This document shows, piece after piece, positions 1-8,775 of a stretch of DNA of 25,878 bases (position 1 is the first letter of the stretch; each line of letters begins with the position of its first letter). The notes below the pieces were generated by a model. That model saw only the letters and a program-made list of their open reading frames with translations. It had not been told where the DNA came from and did not search any database. The translations under genes and the position numbers were made by a program. The stretch covers positions 1 to 25,878 of the forward strand of contig CAVRCJ010000021.1 in assembly GCA_963719515.1 (NCBI GenBank). Reading direction: 5' to 3'. Source of the stretch: an uncultured cyanobacterium. GTDB taxonomy: Bacteria; Cyanobacteriota; Cyanobacteriia; CAKZMO01.

Positions 1-3
1 TCT

Positions 4-954
4 ATGATCAATCGACAAAATTGCGCCGCCATCTTGAGCACAGCGATAGTGCTGTTGTTTCTCCTGACGGGAGCGCCCGCGAAAGCTGAGACTGCTCTAA
101 GCCAATTCGATCAGGGCGTCGAAGCATATCAACAGCACGACTATTCCCGCGCGATCGCTGCCTTCACGCAGGTTATCGAGCGGAGCGGCGAGCAGGACCG
201 GGGGCCCTCAAAGCCGCTGGCCGCTGCCTATGGTAACCGCTGCTTGATCGAGCTAGAGCTTGCAGCCTACCGGCAGGCAATCGCCGACTGTACCCATGGT
301 CTCCAGCTTAGTCCCGCCAATACCGAGGCGTACCTCAACCGGGGGCTTGCCTACTACCGAGTCAACGACTATACCGCCGCCATCGGAGACTACAATGAAT
401 AGCCCAATCGAGAAGCTGGGGGTAGGGCCATCAACGGCTCAACCAGGTTTCCAGGCGACTACCGCGCCCTTTACAACCGCGGGCTCGCGCAGGCGGGACT
501 GCACCGCTATTCACAGGCGATCGCAGACTATACCCAGTCGATAGAACTGACCCCCGATATCCAGCCGGTCCATAGAGCCCAGGTCTACGCCGACCGGGGC
601 CTGATTCATCTACAGCTTGAGCGCTACGATGAAGCGGTTTCGGACTTTTCCCAGGCGATTGGCTACGACGATGCGGCCATTGAAGCTTACTGCAACCGGG
701 CCTACGCGCTGCATGGGCTGCACAACGATACTGCCGCGCTCAAAGACCTGCACCGAGTTTTGGCCCTCGATCCCACCCACGCCAAAACCTACTTCAATCT
801 GGGAATACTGCGCTATCACATTGGTCAGAGAGAGGCCGCGATCGCCAGTTTTGAGCAAGCGGCCTATCACTTCTTTAGCCAAAATGACGACAGCGGCTAT
901 GCTAAAGCGATGACAATTCTCAATCAGCTACAGCTTTCCACTGCCCTTGGCTAG
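4..954 (+). pseudogene. TPR-repeat protein with N-terminal signal peptide, interrupted by an in-frame TAG (400-402) and about 36 extra nt
   Basis: ORFs 4..402 and 760..954 are in the same frame. Translating past TAG 400-402 gives continuous TPR units (RALYNRGLAQ..AIADYTQSIELTP, QVYADRGLIHLQLERYDEAVSDFSQAI, EAYCNRAYA..ALKDLHRVLALDP, KTYFNLG). The N-terminus is hydrophobic with an AKA-E cleavage-like site. Confidence 0.8.
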
Positions 955-991
955 CTCGCTTCTTCATTCCCGGCTCTGCCGCCGCTTTCTT

Positions 992-1001
992 CACAGTTGT
1001 C
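992..1001. promoter_or_regulatory. Candidate BlaI/CopY-type operator (cACA-gt-TGTc) upstream of petR
   Basis: ACA-N2-TGT palindromic core resembling the TACA-N2-TGTA box of BlaI/CopY repressors, about 40 nt before the ATG. The motif is short and could be chance. Confidence 0.3.
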
Positions 1002-1038
1002 TCACTAAGTTCGGTTTGCCGCCCGGACCTGCCGCCTC

Positions 1039-1464
1039 ATGTCTCCCTTACCGCACTATCAGCCCAAACAGCTCTCTCTAGGGACCCTAGAAGCCGAGAT
1101 TGTAGAAATCCTCTGGTCTTTGGGCTCTGCCACCGCTCAACAGGTTCATCGTCACATTTTGTCTGACCCCTCCAGGGAGCTGGCTTATGGGTCGGTCATG
1201 ACGGTTTTGGGACGTCTGGAGAAAAAGGGCTGGCTGGCCTGCGATCGCGAAGGGCGGGCCTTTGTATGGACACCTCTCGTCTCTCAGCAAGCGGCCCAAA
1301 TTTTGGAAACCCACAATCGCCTGCAGACCTTTTTAGCGGTCGGAAATCCTGACGTTGTTGCGGCCTTTGCAGACAGCCTAGATACCGATAGCATTGAACA
1401 ACTTGAAGCAATCGCGGAGCGCCTCAAGGCGGTGCGAGAAAATCGGGGGGAACCATGCACTTAG
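1039..1464 (+). CDS. petR: BlaI/MecI/CopY-family transcriptional regulator, cyanobacterial PetR-like
   Basis: LSLGTLEAEIVEILW, ELAYGSVMTVLGRLEKKGWLAC (wHTH) and the conserved cyanobacterial FLAVGNPDVVAAFADSLD segment. It overlaps the downstream M56 peptidase gene. Confidence 0.85.
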   Translation: MSPLPHYQPKQLSLGTLEAEIVEILWSLGSATAQQVHRHILSDPSRELAYGSVMTVLGRLEKKGWLACDREGRAFVWTPLVSQQAAQILETHNRLQTFLAVGNPDVVAAFADSLDTDSIEQLEAIAERLKAVRENRGEPCT

Positions 1465-2315
1465 CCCTATTCGTCGTGGTCATCGGCACAACCGTTGCCG
1501 GTAGGCTACGGTGGCACCAGCACAACGCGGATCACCGGTGGCAGATAGCCCTCGCGACATTCTTGCTGCCGCCCCTCTGTCTGATGACGACAGCGGGGGC
1601 CGTGCTTTTTATGGGCAACAATGGTCAGATGCTGGGTCACCCTGTGGGAAATCTAGGCTACCTGACGGCAGCTGGTTTCTTTAGCCTTGCTGTGGGGCAA
1701 TTAGGGCTGTCTGCCTGGCAGGGATGGCGATCGCTGCGAACGGTGCGATCGCTGCCCCAGATGACGCTTGAGGGCTATGTCTGTCGTCAGCTCGACATCG
1801 AGATTCCGTTTGCGGCGCAAATCGGCTTTTGGACCCCAACTTTAGTGGTCAGTCGAGGGCTGGTAGAGACGCTTACCCCCCAACACCTCAGGGCTGTGCT
1901 CATCCACGAGCAGGCCCATGCGCTTCACCGCGATACTTTCTGGTTCTTTTGTTTAGGATGGCTGCGGCAGGTGACGCGCTGGCTCCCCCAAACCGCTGGC
2001 CTTTGGCAAGAGCTACTTCTGCTTCGGGAGCTGCGAGCCGATGCCTGGGCCGCTCGCCGCGTCGACGCCATTTTGCTAGCGGAAGCGCTGCTAACCGTGG
2101 TTCAGCATCACGCCGCTAGCAGCTCCCCCAAAATGCCTGATAGCTTTTGTGCCCCATTCGATGCTCCTGAGCCGAGCCGATTAGCAGAGCGGATTGCGGC
2201 GCTGATCGACCAAGCTGAAGCATCAGAGCGGCGCTCTTGGGTCAGAGCCTGGACTCCTTACGGAATTGCGGCAGCGGCACTGATGCCCGTTTTGACAATT
2301 TTTCTACACCGCTAA
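1455..2315 (+). CDS. petP: M56 (BlaR1-like) membrane zinc metallopeptidase, PetP-like
   Basis: N-terminal TM helices, FAAQIGFWTP, HExxH motif (LIHEQAH), and RELRADAWA carrying the third ligand E. The start overlaps the end of the BlaI-type gene. Confidence 0.85.
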   Translation: MHLALFVVVIGTTVAGRLRWHQHNADHRWQIALATFLLPPLCLMTTAGAVLFMGNNGQMLGHPVGNLGYLTAAGFFSLAVGQLGLSAWQGWRSLRTVRSLPQMTLEGYVCRQLDIEIPFAAQIGFWTPTLVVSRGLVETLTPQHLRAVLIHEQAHALHRDTFWFFCLGWLRQVTRWLPQTAGLWQELLLLRELRADAWAARRVDAILLAEALLTVVQHHAASSSPKMPDSFCAPFDAPEPSRLAERIAALIDQAEASERRSWVRAWTPYGIAAAALMPVLTIFLHR

Positions 2316-2401
2316 GCTTTCGGTGGCCCCGAACTTTCTGTCTCTCGGGAGATAGCTACTTTTCACATTGTTGCTGATGGGGCGAGAGGGGATGTGTTGG
2401 G

Positions 2402-2457
2402 CGCGGGCCTGTTGAGAGCCCGCGTGCTAGGAGCAGACGTGTTGGTAGGAGCAGACG
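2402..2457. repeat. Short inverted repeat plus 12-bp direct repeat downstream of petP
   Basis: cgcgggc (2402-2408) pairs with gcccgcg (2418-2424). taggagcagacg occurs at 2428-2439 and 2446-2457. Confidence 0.55.
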
Positions 2458-2690
2458 ACAAAGGGCGATCGCTATAGAAAGTGACCGTCATCGTGCGATA
2501 TCAAGGGTCGCTGACTCAGAGCAGCATTCTTGCTTAAAAACGCTTGAGTAACCTACCGGTTGAGCCTACAAATAACCAATAGCGTATTACATGCAAACCA
2601 CGCGCCGATGCCGACAAGTAAAGGGCCGTAAGCAATGTGGCTGGAAGCCGCGCTTCATGTAGGAGCGTCCGGTCTGGAATTGGATTTTCT

Positions 2691-2893
2691 GGGACCATGT
2701 CACTTTTGAGCCCACTTGCAGAGAAGCCGCTACGCGTCTACACCCTCAGTCCCTCTCTGCAGAATTGGGAGAGGACCTTGAATTCCTTGCTCCCCCTTCT
2801 CCCAAAGCTGAGAAAAGGGGCTGGGGGATGTAGAGCTTTGCTCTCCTCGAAGAGTAGGATTTTCTGCGTCATTTGCGAAAGTGACGTGCTCCC
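2691..2893. mobile_element. MITE (203 bp) with 18-bp imperfect TIRs and 8-bp flanking direct repeat
   Basis: Left end GGGACCATGTCACTTTTG versus reverse complement of the right end GGGAGCACGTCACTTTCG (15/18 identical). GATTTTCT abuts both ends (2683-2690, 2894-2901). No transposase is encoded. Confidence 0.75.
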
Positions 2894-3055
2894 GATTTTC
2901 TCGTGGTCACCCAGTTATGTACTAAGATTAAATATCAAAGAAGGATGGCAATTATCCTTTTCCTGGTATCGGTTTAAAACTATCATTTTAGACAAGATCC
3001 TCTTTTGCGCATAGCGCTCAGATCTTATACATATTAAAAGGGGCTCAAGAGAGAC

Positions 3056-3406
3056 ATGACTAAACCTCTAACCGGCAAAGCATTACTTCAAAAAGTAGAA
3101 ACGCTGTCGCATCTATCCAAACGAGAGACCGCCCGCGAATGTGGCTACACCAGCATTAACGGCCGTGGCCAAGAAAAGACAAATCTGTCTGAATTCTACG
3201 ATGCTTTATTAGAAGCAAAGGGAATTCAGCTAGAGCCCGACAAGCAGGCTGACAAACGCGGTCGTGAGGCGGATTTTCGCGCCAGGGTGCAGAAGAATGG
3301 TCAGATTGTAATCGGCTCGTCCTACACTGAGAAAATGAATCTCAATCCTGGTGATGAGTTTGAGGTCAAGCTGGGATACAAACACATTCACCTCAACGCA
3401 CTCTAA
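3056..3406 (+). CDS. abrB: Cyanobacterial AbrB-like transcriptional regulator (cyAbrB, CalB/cyAbrB2-like clade)
   Basis: PLTGKALLQKV N-terminus, ARECGY, FYDALLEAKG, and C-terminal AbrB-like domain NGQIVIGSSYT..LNPGDEFEVKLGYKHIHL. Confidence 0.9.
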   Translation: MTKPLTGKALLQKVETLSHLSKRETARECGYTSINGRGQEKTNLSEFYDALLEAKGIQLEPDKQADKRGREADFRARVQKNGQIVIGSSYTEKMNLNPGDEFEVKLGYKHIHLNAL

Positions 3407-3553
3407 GGCTATTCGCCGGATCTACAGCCTCCAATCGTTTCGGGTGACCGGAGTTTTCCTTAAGCGAAGATTCTTGCCGCCCGAAGCCAGACCTTTTTTG
3501 ATACGGTGCGGCTTTATTGCGTAAGATATAGGCACTGAACTCGACCTTTATCT

Positions 3554-3781
3554 ATGGATCCTCTAACCCTGACGTTTGATCTCGCCGCTGCGATCGGCGG
3601 GCTCTATCTAGCTATTGGGCTTGCTCTACACCTCATTTCTGCCTGGAAGGACTGTGCCCTTACTTCAGCTGCCGCAGTTCCCGTTGCAGCTTCTCGCGCT
3701 TCTGATGAGTCTGCACCTTTGCGAAGCCGGCAGCGCGGGCGCTCCTTGCCTGAGTGGGACCAAAGCTTAGGGCTGACCTAG
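3554..3781 (+). CDS. Small hypothetical single-pass membrane protein (75 aa)
   Basis: ATG start, hydrophobic helix LAAAIGGLYLAIGLALHLISAW, and it fills the gap up to the convergent stop at 3784. Confidence 0.5.
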   Translation: MDPLTLTFDLAAAIGGLYLAIGLALHLISAWKDCALTSAAAVPVAASRASDESAPLRSRQRGRSLPEWDQSLGLT

Positions 3782-3783
3782 GA

Positions 3784-6129
3784 CTAAGAGCGAGCGATCG
3801 TCTCTAATATAGGGTCTTCGGTATCGCGATCGCTTTCGGAGGGTTGGAGGTCTGTGCCATAGCGGCTGCACAGGAGCTCTGTAGGGTTCCATGGGCTAAA
3901 CCAGTAGAGATCATGGGCGATCGCTGTCGGCGGGTCGTCTCCTTCAGGAAAGCTCACCATGCCCATATTGTTGACGCCAACGACCTCAGCGCCATTTTGA
4001 ACCCACCGCGATCGCAGAAGCCGCTGCCACAAACTTAGCGCCCAGCGTCGCCACGCTCCCACGTTGAGGTCAGGGTTTCTGAAGTCATCTACTTTACAAC
4101 TAACCTGACGAACCTGCTGCCGCGACAGCCACTCGAGGTGGCACCACCAGTCAGGCTGTTGTCGTGACGCCAGATCTGGGGTTGACTCTAAGAGTCGATG
4201 CAGAGGGCTACGCTTGATCTCAGTCATTGTTTTGGGGTGATTCCACCCTGCCCAGTGACGATCGCGCTCTGGCAGAAGCCAAGACTTTAGCCGGCTTTGA
4301 ACGAGGCGGGTCTGGGCTTCTTCGTTCTTAAAGCTGCTGCAGGTCAGCTGCACCAGGAGGCTAGGACGGTGGGCAGCGGCAGCAGGTTGATAGGTCAGGC
4401 GCACCGATGAACTGTAGTGAATGTCGCCGGAGAGAATGACCACCTGCTGTCGGTGCTCCGCTAGGGTCGTTATCAGCTTGGCGAGTGCTTCCATGTTGAC
4501 GGTCCAAGCGTCTCCCACATCGGTATTGAACACCCTATGGTTATTCAGCTGCCGGTGATGAACCCAGTCGATTACCTTTAGGTGAAACAGGTTAGTGGGA
4601 GCGACGACAAAGGTCACCTTTGAGGTGCAGCGCGCCAGCGGACGCGCCAGCTGCTCCTCGAAAGCCGCCGGGCTCAGCAGCTGGGTTGGGGTGATGGGAG
4701 ATTCGTCTATTAAAAACCCGCGATACAGCCGCGTGTCCAAGAGGATAACGGTGTGGCTATGGCTCTCGATGACGGTGTACCAATCAATCGCTTCGGGCGA
4801 TCGCTCAAGGCACTGCAGCCCCTCTCCCACCTCTATGAAATGGGGCAGCCCTGTCTCTGGATCATAGGCGGGCATGCCCACATAGCGAGCGATCGCTTCA
4901 TGGACCTCTAGGTCTTGTCCTTCAGACTGGGTCCAGTCTTCTGTGGCCTTCAGCAAAGCGTGGGCGGGCCCCCACTCAAACTGCGCCGGACAGTTTCCCC
5001 AACCCTGAAATAGAGCGTAGGCATGGAGAGCGTTTTGTACCGTCCACCGGCCTAGAGGTTTACTGAGCGCTCGCACACACCACGCCTGGTTCAAGTTCCA
5101 GTCATCACTGACGTCGTGGTCATCAAAAATCATATAGCTGGCTACATTCGCCAGCGCTCGCTGAACCCGCCACAGCGTAGCCCTGAACTGCTGGAGGGAT
5201 TGAGTATCCCGCTGCCAGCGGCGAACCTCGCTGCGATCTAGGCCGTCGTGGGGCAGCGGCAGGCTAGCGGGCCAGCAGTTGGGAGACCACATCATTAGGT
5301 ACAGCGCACAAAACTCCCCCAAACTAAAGAGGTGGCTGGTCACCCGAGGGCGCTTTTCCCGGAGCCCACCGGTAAAGCCCGCCGTCCGCGTTGCCGTCTC
5401 GGCCCGCCGCCCCGGCAGCAGCGCCTCAGGCGAGTAGTAGTCTACATCAGACGCTTGGGGTCCCAACGGCAGCGCCTCCGTCCAGCCCAGCAGGGCGTTG
5501 CCAAAGGGGCTGCACATTGCCAGCATGACGTCTGCCACGTCATCCGCGTAGATCTGGTCCCCGGTGTGAAAAAGCTGGTGGGGCCGGTGGTAAGGAGACG
5601 CGGCGGTTTTCTCAATCAGCTGGTCGAGTATAGGCAGCGTGTCGAGGCCCTCTCCGTGGGCCTTACGGCAAGACCCATGGGCAATTTGCAGGTGATTGAG
5701 CTGGCTTGGCGACAGGGCAAACGTGGGGCGCTGATGGTCGAAGTAGCTAATAGTCTTCCCAGCGCCTAGGGCCTGGAGCAAAGACTGGGGAGGGTGGCCA
5801 TCTTGGGGAATGAACCGCAGATCGTAGGCGTAGAGGCGATCGCTCTGCAGTGAGGCGGTAAGAGGATGGGCGGTGATCACGGCCATATGGAGCGATCGCC
5901 CGACTTGCCTCGTGGTTGCCTGACCCGCCATTTGTGGTTCACCGACCCGAGCGCCGCGATTGGCCGTTGTATAGATAGTTAGCTCTACCGTGCAGGGGCG
6001 CTTGAGAGCAACCCAGACTGAAACCGTTTCAAACGCAGCGTGCCGTAGAATTGGCCCCGCCAAGACCAGCGGACAAGTTTGAAGATGCTGGTACCAGTCA
6101 AAATAGGTCATCGCTTCAGGCTTCGCCAC
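3784..6129 (-). CDS. PhoD-like phosphatase / metallophosphoesterase family protein
   Basis: LVLAGPILR, HGSCRK, GDQIYADD, IFDDHDVSDDWN, LLDTR and LSGDIHYS metal-binding motifs. GTG start preceded by AAGGTG. Alternative ATG at 6111. Confidence 0.85.
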   Translation of the reverse strand: MAKPEAMTYFDWYQHLQTCPLVLAGPILRHAAFETVSVWVALKRPCTVELTIYTTANRGARVGEPQMAGQATTRQVGRSLHMAVITAHPLTASLQSDRLYAYDLRFIPQDGHPPQSLLQALGAGKTISYFDHQRPTFALSPSQLNHLQIAHGSCRKAHGEGLDTLPILDQLIEKTAASPYHRPHQLFHTGDQIYADDVADVMLAMCSPFGNALLGWTEALPLGPQASDVDYYSPEALLPGRRAETATRTAGFTGGLREKRPRVTSHLFSLGEFCALYLMMWSPNCWPASLPLPHDGLDRSEVRRWQRDTQSLQQFRATLWRVQRALANVASYMIFDDHDVSDDWNLNQAWCVRALSKPLGRWTVQNALHAYALFQGWGNCPAQFEWGPAHALLKATEDWTQSEGQDLEVHEAIARYVGMPAYDPETGLPHFIEVGEGLQCLERSPEAIDWYTVIESHSHTVILLDTRLYRGFLIDESPITPTQLLSPAAFEEQLARPLARCTSKVTFVVAPTNLFHLKVIDWVHHRQLNNHRVFNTDVGDAWTVNMEALAKLITTLAEHRQQVVILSGDIHYSSSVRLTYQPAAAAHRPSLLVQLTCSSFKNEEAQTRLVQSRLKSWLLPERDRHWAGWNHPKTMTEIKRSPLHRLLESTPDLASRQQPDWWCHLEWLSRQQVRQVSCKVDDFRNPDLNVGAWRRWALSLWQRLLRSRWVQNGAEVVGVNNMGMVSFPEGDDPPTAIAHDLYWFSPWNPTELLCSRYGTDLQPSESDRDTEDPILETIARS

Positions 6130-6508
6130 GGATTAACACCTTAGCGAACTTTGAGGAAAGATGCCGCCTCCGCCCGATGGGACCTGCTCCAGCTGAAGTC
6201 CAGCATTCATAGGTCAGAAGAGCCGATTCAACAATCTGGCCTAGGGCACCGCCCTATTTCTGAAAATTCGTGGTTAAATGTGTCATGAATTGCGCATCAT
6301 CCCAGTTCCTCTGGCCGCCTTCGTGGTGCTTGGATTAGTGAGAAGGGTTCAGATTAAGGGTCGCGCCTTTGGCGACTCAACTTGGGTTCTTTACCGCGGA
6401 AAGGCGTCTGCTCTTTTGGCACGACCGCCGCTCTCCTGACGCTACTTCCCTGCTTGTTCCCAAACAAGATTGCGCTAGTCTGATTTAACCCAATCCGTCA
6501 CCCTGCTC

Positions 6509-8752
6509 ATGAGCCAGCTCGATCCCTCACTTTCTCCTAATCTTGGTCGCGCCGATCTTGTGCCTGTTCCCAAGGTCGGTCGCTCGCTCGCGTCTTGGCG
6601 GTGGCTTGCTGTAGCCTCTGCCCTTTGTATGGCTATGGGCGCAGCCGCCGTGAGCGCCTTTCTGTGGCTGCTGTCGGTACCCACCGCTCCAGACTGTCAG
6701 CGGTTGTCGTCCCTGTCCCCTGATATCGATCGCCTCTACTGCTCTCAAATCGCCGCCTCATCGGGGAACGTCGACGATCTGCTGTCTGGGCTAGCGCTAA
6801 TGGCCAGCTGGGATGAGACCCATCCTCTCTATGCTGAAGCTCAGAACTGGATGGAAGAGTGGTCTTCCTCAATTTTAGAGATTGCTCGCGACGCCGTACG
6901 GCAGGGAGATCTAGAGCGGGGTCGACAGCTCTCTCAGCAAATTCCAGCCAGCAGCCCGTCCTACGACGATGCTGTGGCAGCTTTAGCCCAGTGGGATGAA
7001 ACCTGGACTTGGGGCGAAGACCTAATGCAGCAAGCTCAAGAGGCGATCAAGGCGAGCAACTGGGGTGAAGTGACCGCTATTGTGCAGGTGCTGCGGCGTT
7101 CGGAATATCGCTATTGGCGGCTCCAGCAGCCCCAGATGCTGAACGAGCAGGTGACCTTAGAGAAGGCAGCTCAGCGACAGCGGGCTGACGTTCTCCGTCT
7201 GGCCCGGCCTGGAAGCCTGGAGGCGCTTCGTCAGGCGATCGCCCTTGCTCAGCAAGTTGACCCAGACACCTACGCCTGGGCTCAGCTCCAGCCTAGCTTG
7301 AACCAGTGGGGCAATCGCCTGCTAGATCAAGGTCTCAAAGACTGGTACGCCACGCGGTTGCCAGAGGCGATCGCCGGGGGATCGCTGGTGACCGATATTC
7401 CCGATCTGGCGATCGATGCCCACGACCTGATGATTCTGAGCCGTGCTCGGCAGCGGGCCATGGACAGCTTTACCCACTGGGCGCCGACCGTTTCTCACCT
7501 GTGGGAGCTCAACCGCGCCATTGCTACAGCAAAAGCAATTACGCCAGGGAGCCGATTCTATCCTCAGGCGGCAGCGAGCATCGTCAGCTGGGAGCGCCAG
7601 CTTCTAGACCTGAGTCAGCTTTATCAGGCGCGGCTAGCGGCAGATGGTCAGCAAATTTCCTCTTACCAAGCGGCCATTTCTAGCGCGGCTGTTGTCGAGG
7701 CAGGGCGGATGCGGCGGATGCAGGCTCAAACCCTGGCAGCCCATTGGCAGCAGGAGATTGAGCGGATTGAAGATGCGCCTCGACTGCAGGCTGCTCGACA
7801 GCTCGCCAAGCCAGGTGCTGTAGAGGATTTGCGGTCTGCGATCGCCCGCGCTGGCCAAATCGAGTCCGACCGAGCCCTCTACCCAGAGGCCCAAGGGGCA
7901 ATCGCCCAGTGGACGAATCAAATTCAGACCATTGAAGATCAGCCTATTCTCGATAGAGCTAGACGCTACGCCAGTCAGGGACGCCTCCGCCAGGCGGTTC
8001 AAGAGGTCTCAGCCGTTCGGGGCGGACGGGCGCTGTCTGGAGAAGCCACTGCCCTAAGGCGGCAGTGGCAGGCCCGGCTCAACGCCGCTGCCCGCCCCGC
8101 CCGGCCCCCGTCGACATCATCGCCCAAAGCCGTAACGCCGACTCCGGAGCCAGCGCCTCCTCCGGTGCGGCAGCCCAAAGTGCAGCGGCCTGCAGCCACC
8201 CTTCCCCCACAGTCTGTACCACCAGTCTTGCGGCCCGCTCCCCAGGACATCGTTCCCCCCGAACCCGAGGCGAGTCCATCTCAACCCCCGTTGTTCAATC
8301 AATCTCCTGCGTCCGGCCTCTATCCTTCCGAAATGCCGACGCGGCTAACCCCAGCGCCCCCCCGTTTTTCCAACGAGTTTGTGGACGAGACCGGCAGCGT
8401 GGCTGAACCCGTCACTGGCGCTCCCCCCCTTGTTGAGCCGCCAGCGCCTCCCCCGGCTCCCCCCCCGGCTCCCCCCCGGGCAGCGCCTAGCCCAGCTGCA
8501 CCTGCTCCGGTCTTGGAGCGCTCCGCCTTGCCTGAGCTGGCCCCAGAGACAGGCGATGCCCTAGAGCCCCAATCGCGCGCGCTTCCCTCCCCCCAAGCTG
8601 CGCCGGCTTTGGCAGACGCTCAGCTAAAGGCCAGCTCGATTGTCGCGCCGCCAGAGCTGGTAGACCTGCTGCCAGAAACCGCCTCAGCTCGATTCTTGGG
8701 CGATAGTGAGGCATTTCCGCTGCTCTACGCAGCTCCGCTGTTTGTGATGTAG
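6509..8752 (+). CDS. Membrane-anchored alpha-helical repeat protein with long Pro-rich C-terminal tail (cyanobacterial family often loosely annotated 'chromosome segregation ATPase')
   Basis: One N-terminal TM (WRWLAVASALCMAMGAAAVSAFLWLL), repeated W..QI..IED.P.L..AR..A units, then about 220 aa rich in Pro/Ala/Ser. No Walker A seen. Confidence 0.75.
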   Translation: MSQLDPSLSPNLGRADLVPVPKVGRSLASWRWLAVASALCMAMGAAAVSAFLWLLSVPTAPDCQRLSSLSPDIDRLYCSQIAASSGNVDDLLSGLALMASWDETHPLYAEAQNWMEEWSSSILEIARDAVRQGDLERGRQLSQQIPASSPSYDDAVAALAQWDETWTWGEDLMQQAQEAIKASNWGEVTAIVQVLRRSEYRYWRLQQPQMLNEQVTLEKAAQRQRADVLRLARPGSLEALRQAIALAQQVDPDTYAWAQLQPSLNQWGNRLLDQGLKDWYATRLPEAIAGGSLVTDIPDLAIDAHDLMILSRARQRAMDSFTHWAPTVSHLWELNRAIATAKAITPGSRFYPQAAASIVSWERQLLDLSQLYQARLAADGQQISSYQAAISSAAVVEAGRMRRMQAQTLAAHWQQEIERIEDAPRLQAARQLAKPGAVEDLRSAIARAGQIESDRALYPEAQGAIAQWTNQIQTIEDQPILDRARRYASQGRLRQAVQEVSAVRGGRALSGEATALRRQWQARLNAAARPARPPSTSSPKAVTPTPEPAPPPVRQPKVQRPAATLPPQSVPPVLRPAPQDIVPPEPEASPSQPPLFNQSPASGLYPSEMPTRLTPAPPRFSNEFVDETGSVAEPVTGAPPLVEPPAPPPAPPPAPPRAAPSPAAPAPVLERSALPELAPETGDALEPQSRALPSPQAAPALADAQLKASSIVAPPELVDLLPETASARFLGDSEAFPLLYAAPLFVM

Positions 8753-8775
8753 CGCCGTGGATTTACCGTAGCTTT

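Noticed and set aside
400..402. Stop-codon recoding (TAG readthrough/pyrrolysine)
   Set aside because: Several other genes here end in TAG normally, no pyl machinery is present, and the TAG belongs to an apparent insertion that breaks TPR periodicity.
2402..2457. CRISPR or mini-array
   Set aside because: Only two 12-bp repeats at an 18-bp period, with no spacer-sized intervals and no cas genes.
2637..3014. 125-aa ORF upstream of cyAbrB
   Set aside because: It runs through the MITE and promoter region with a GTG start and no protein-like motifs. Likely spurious.
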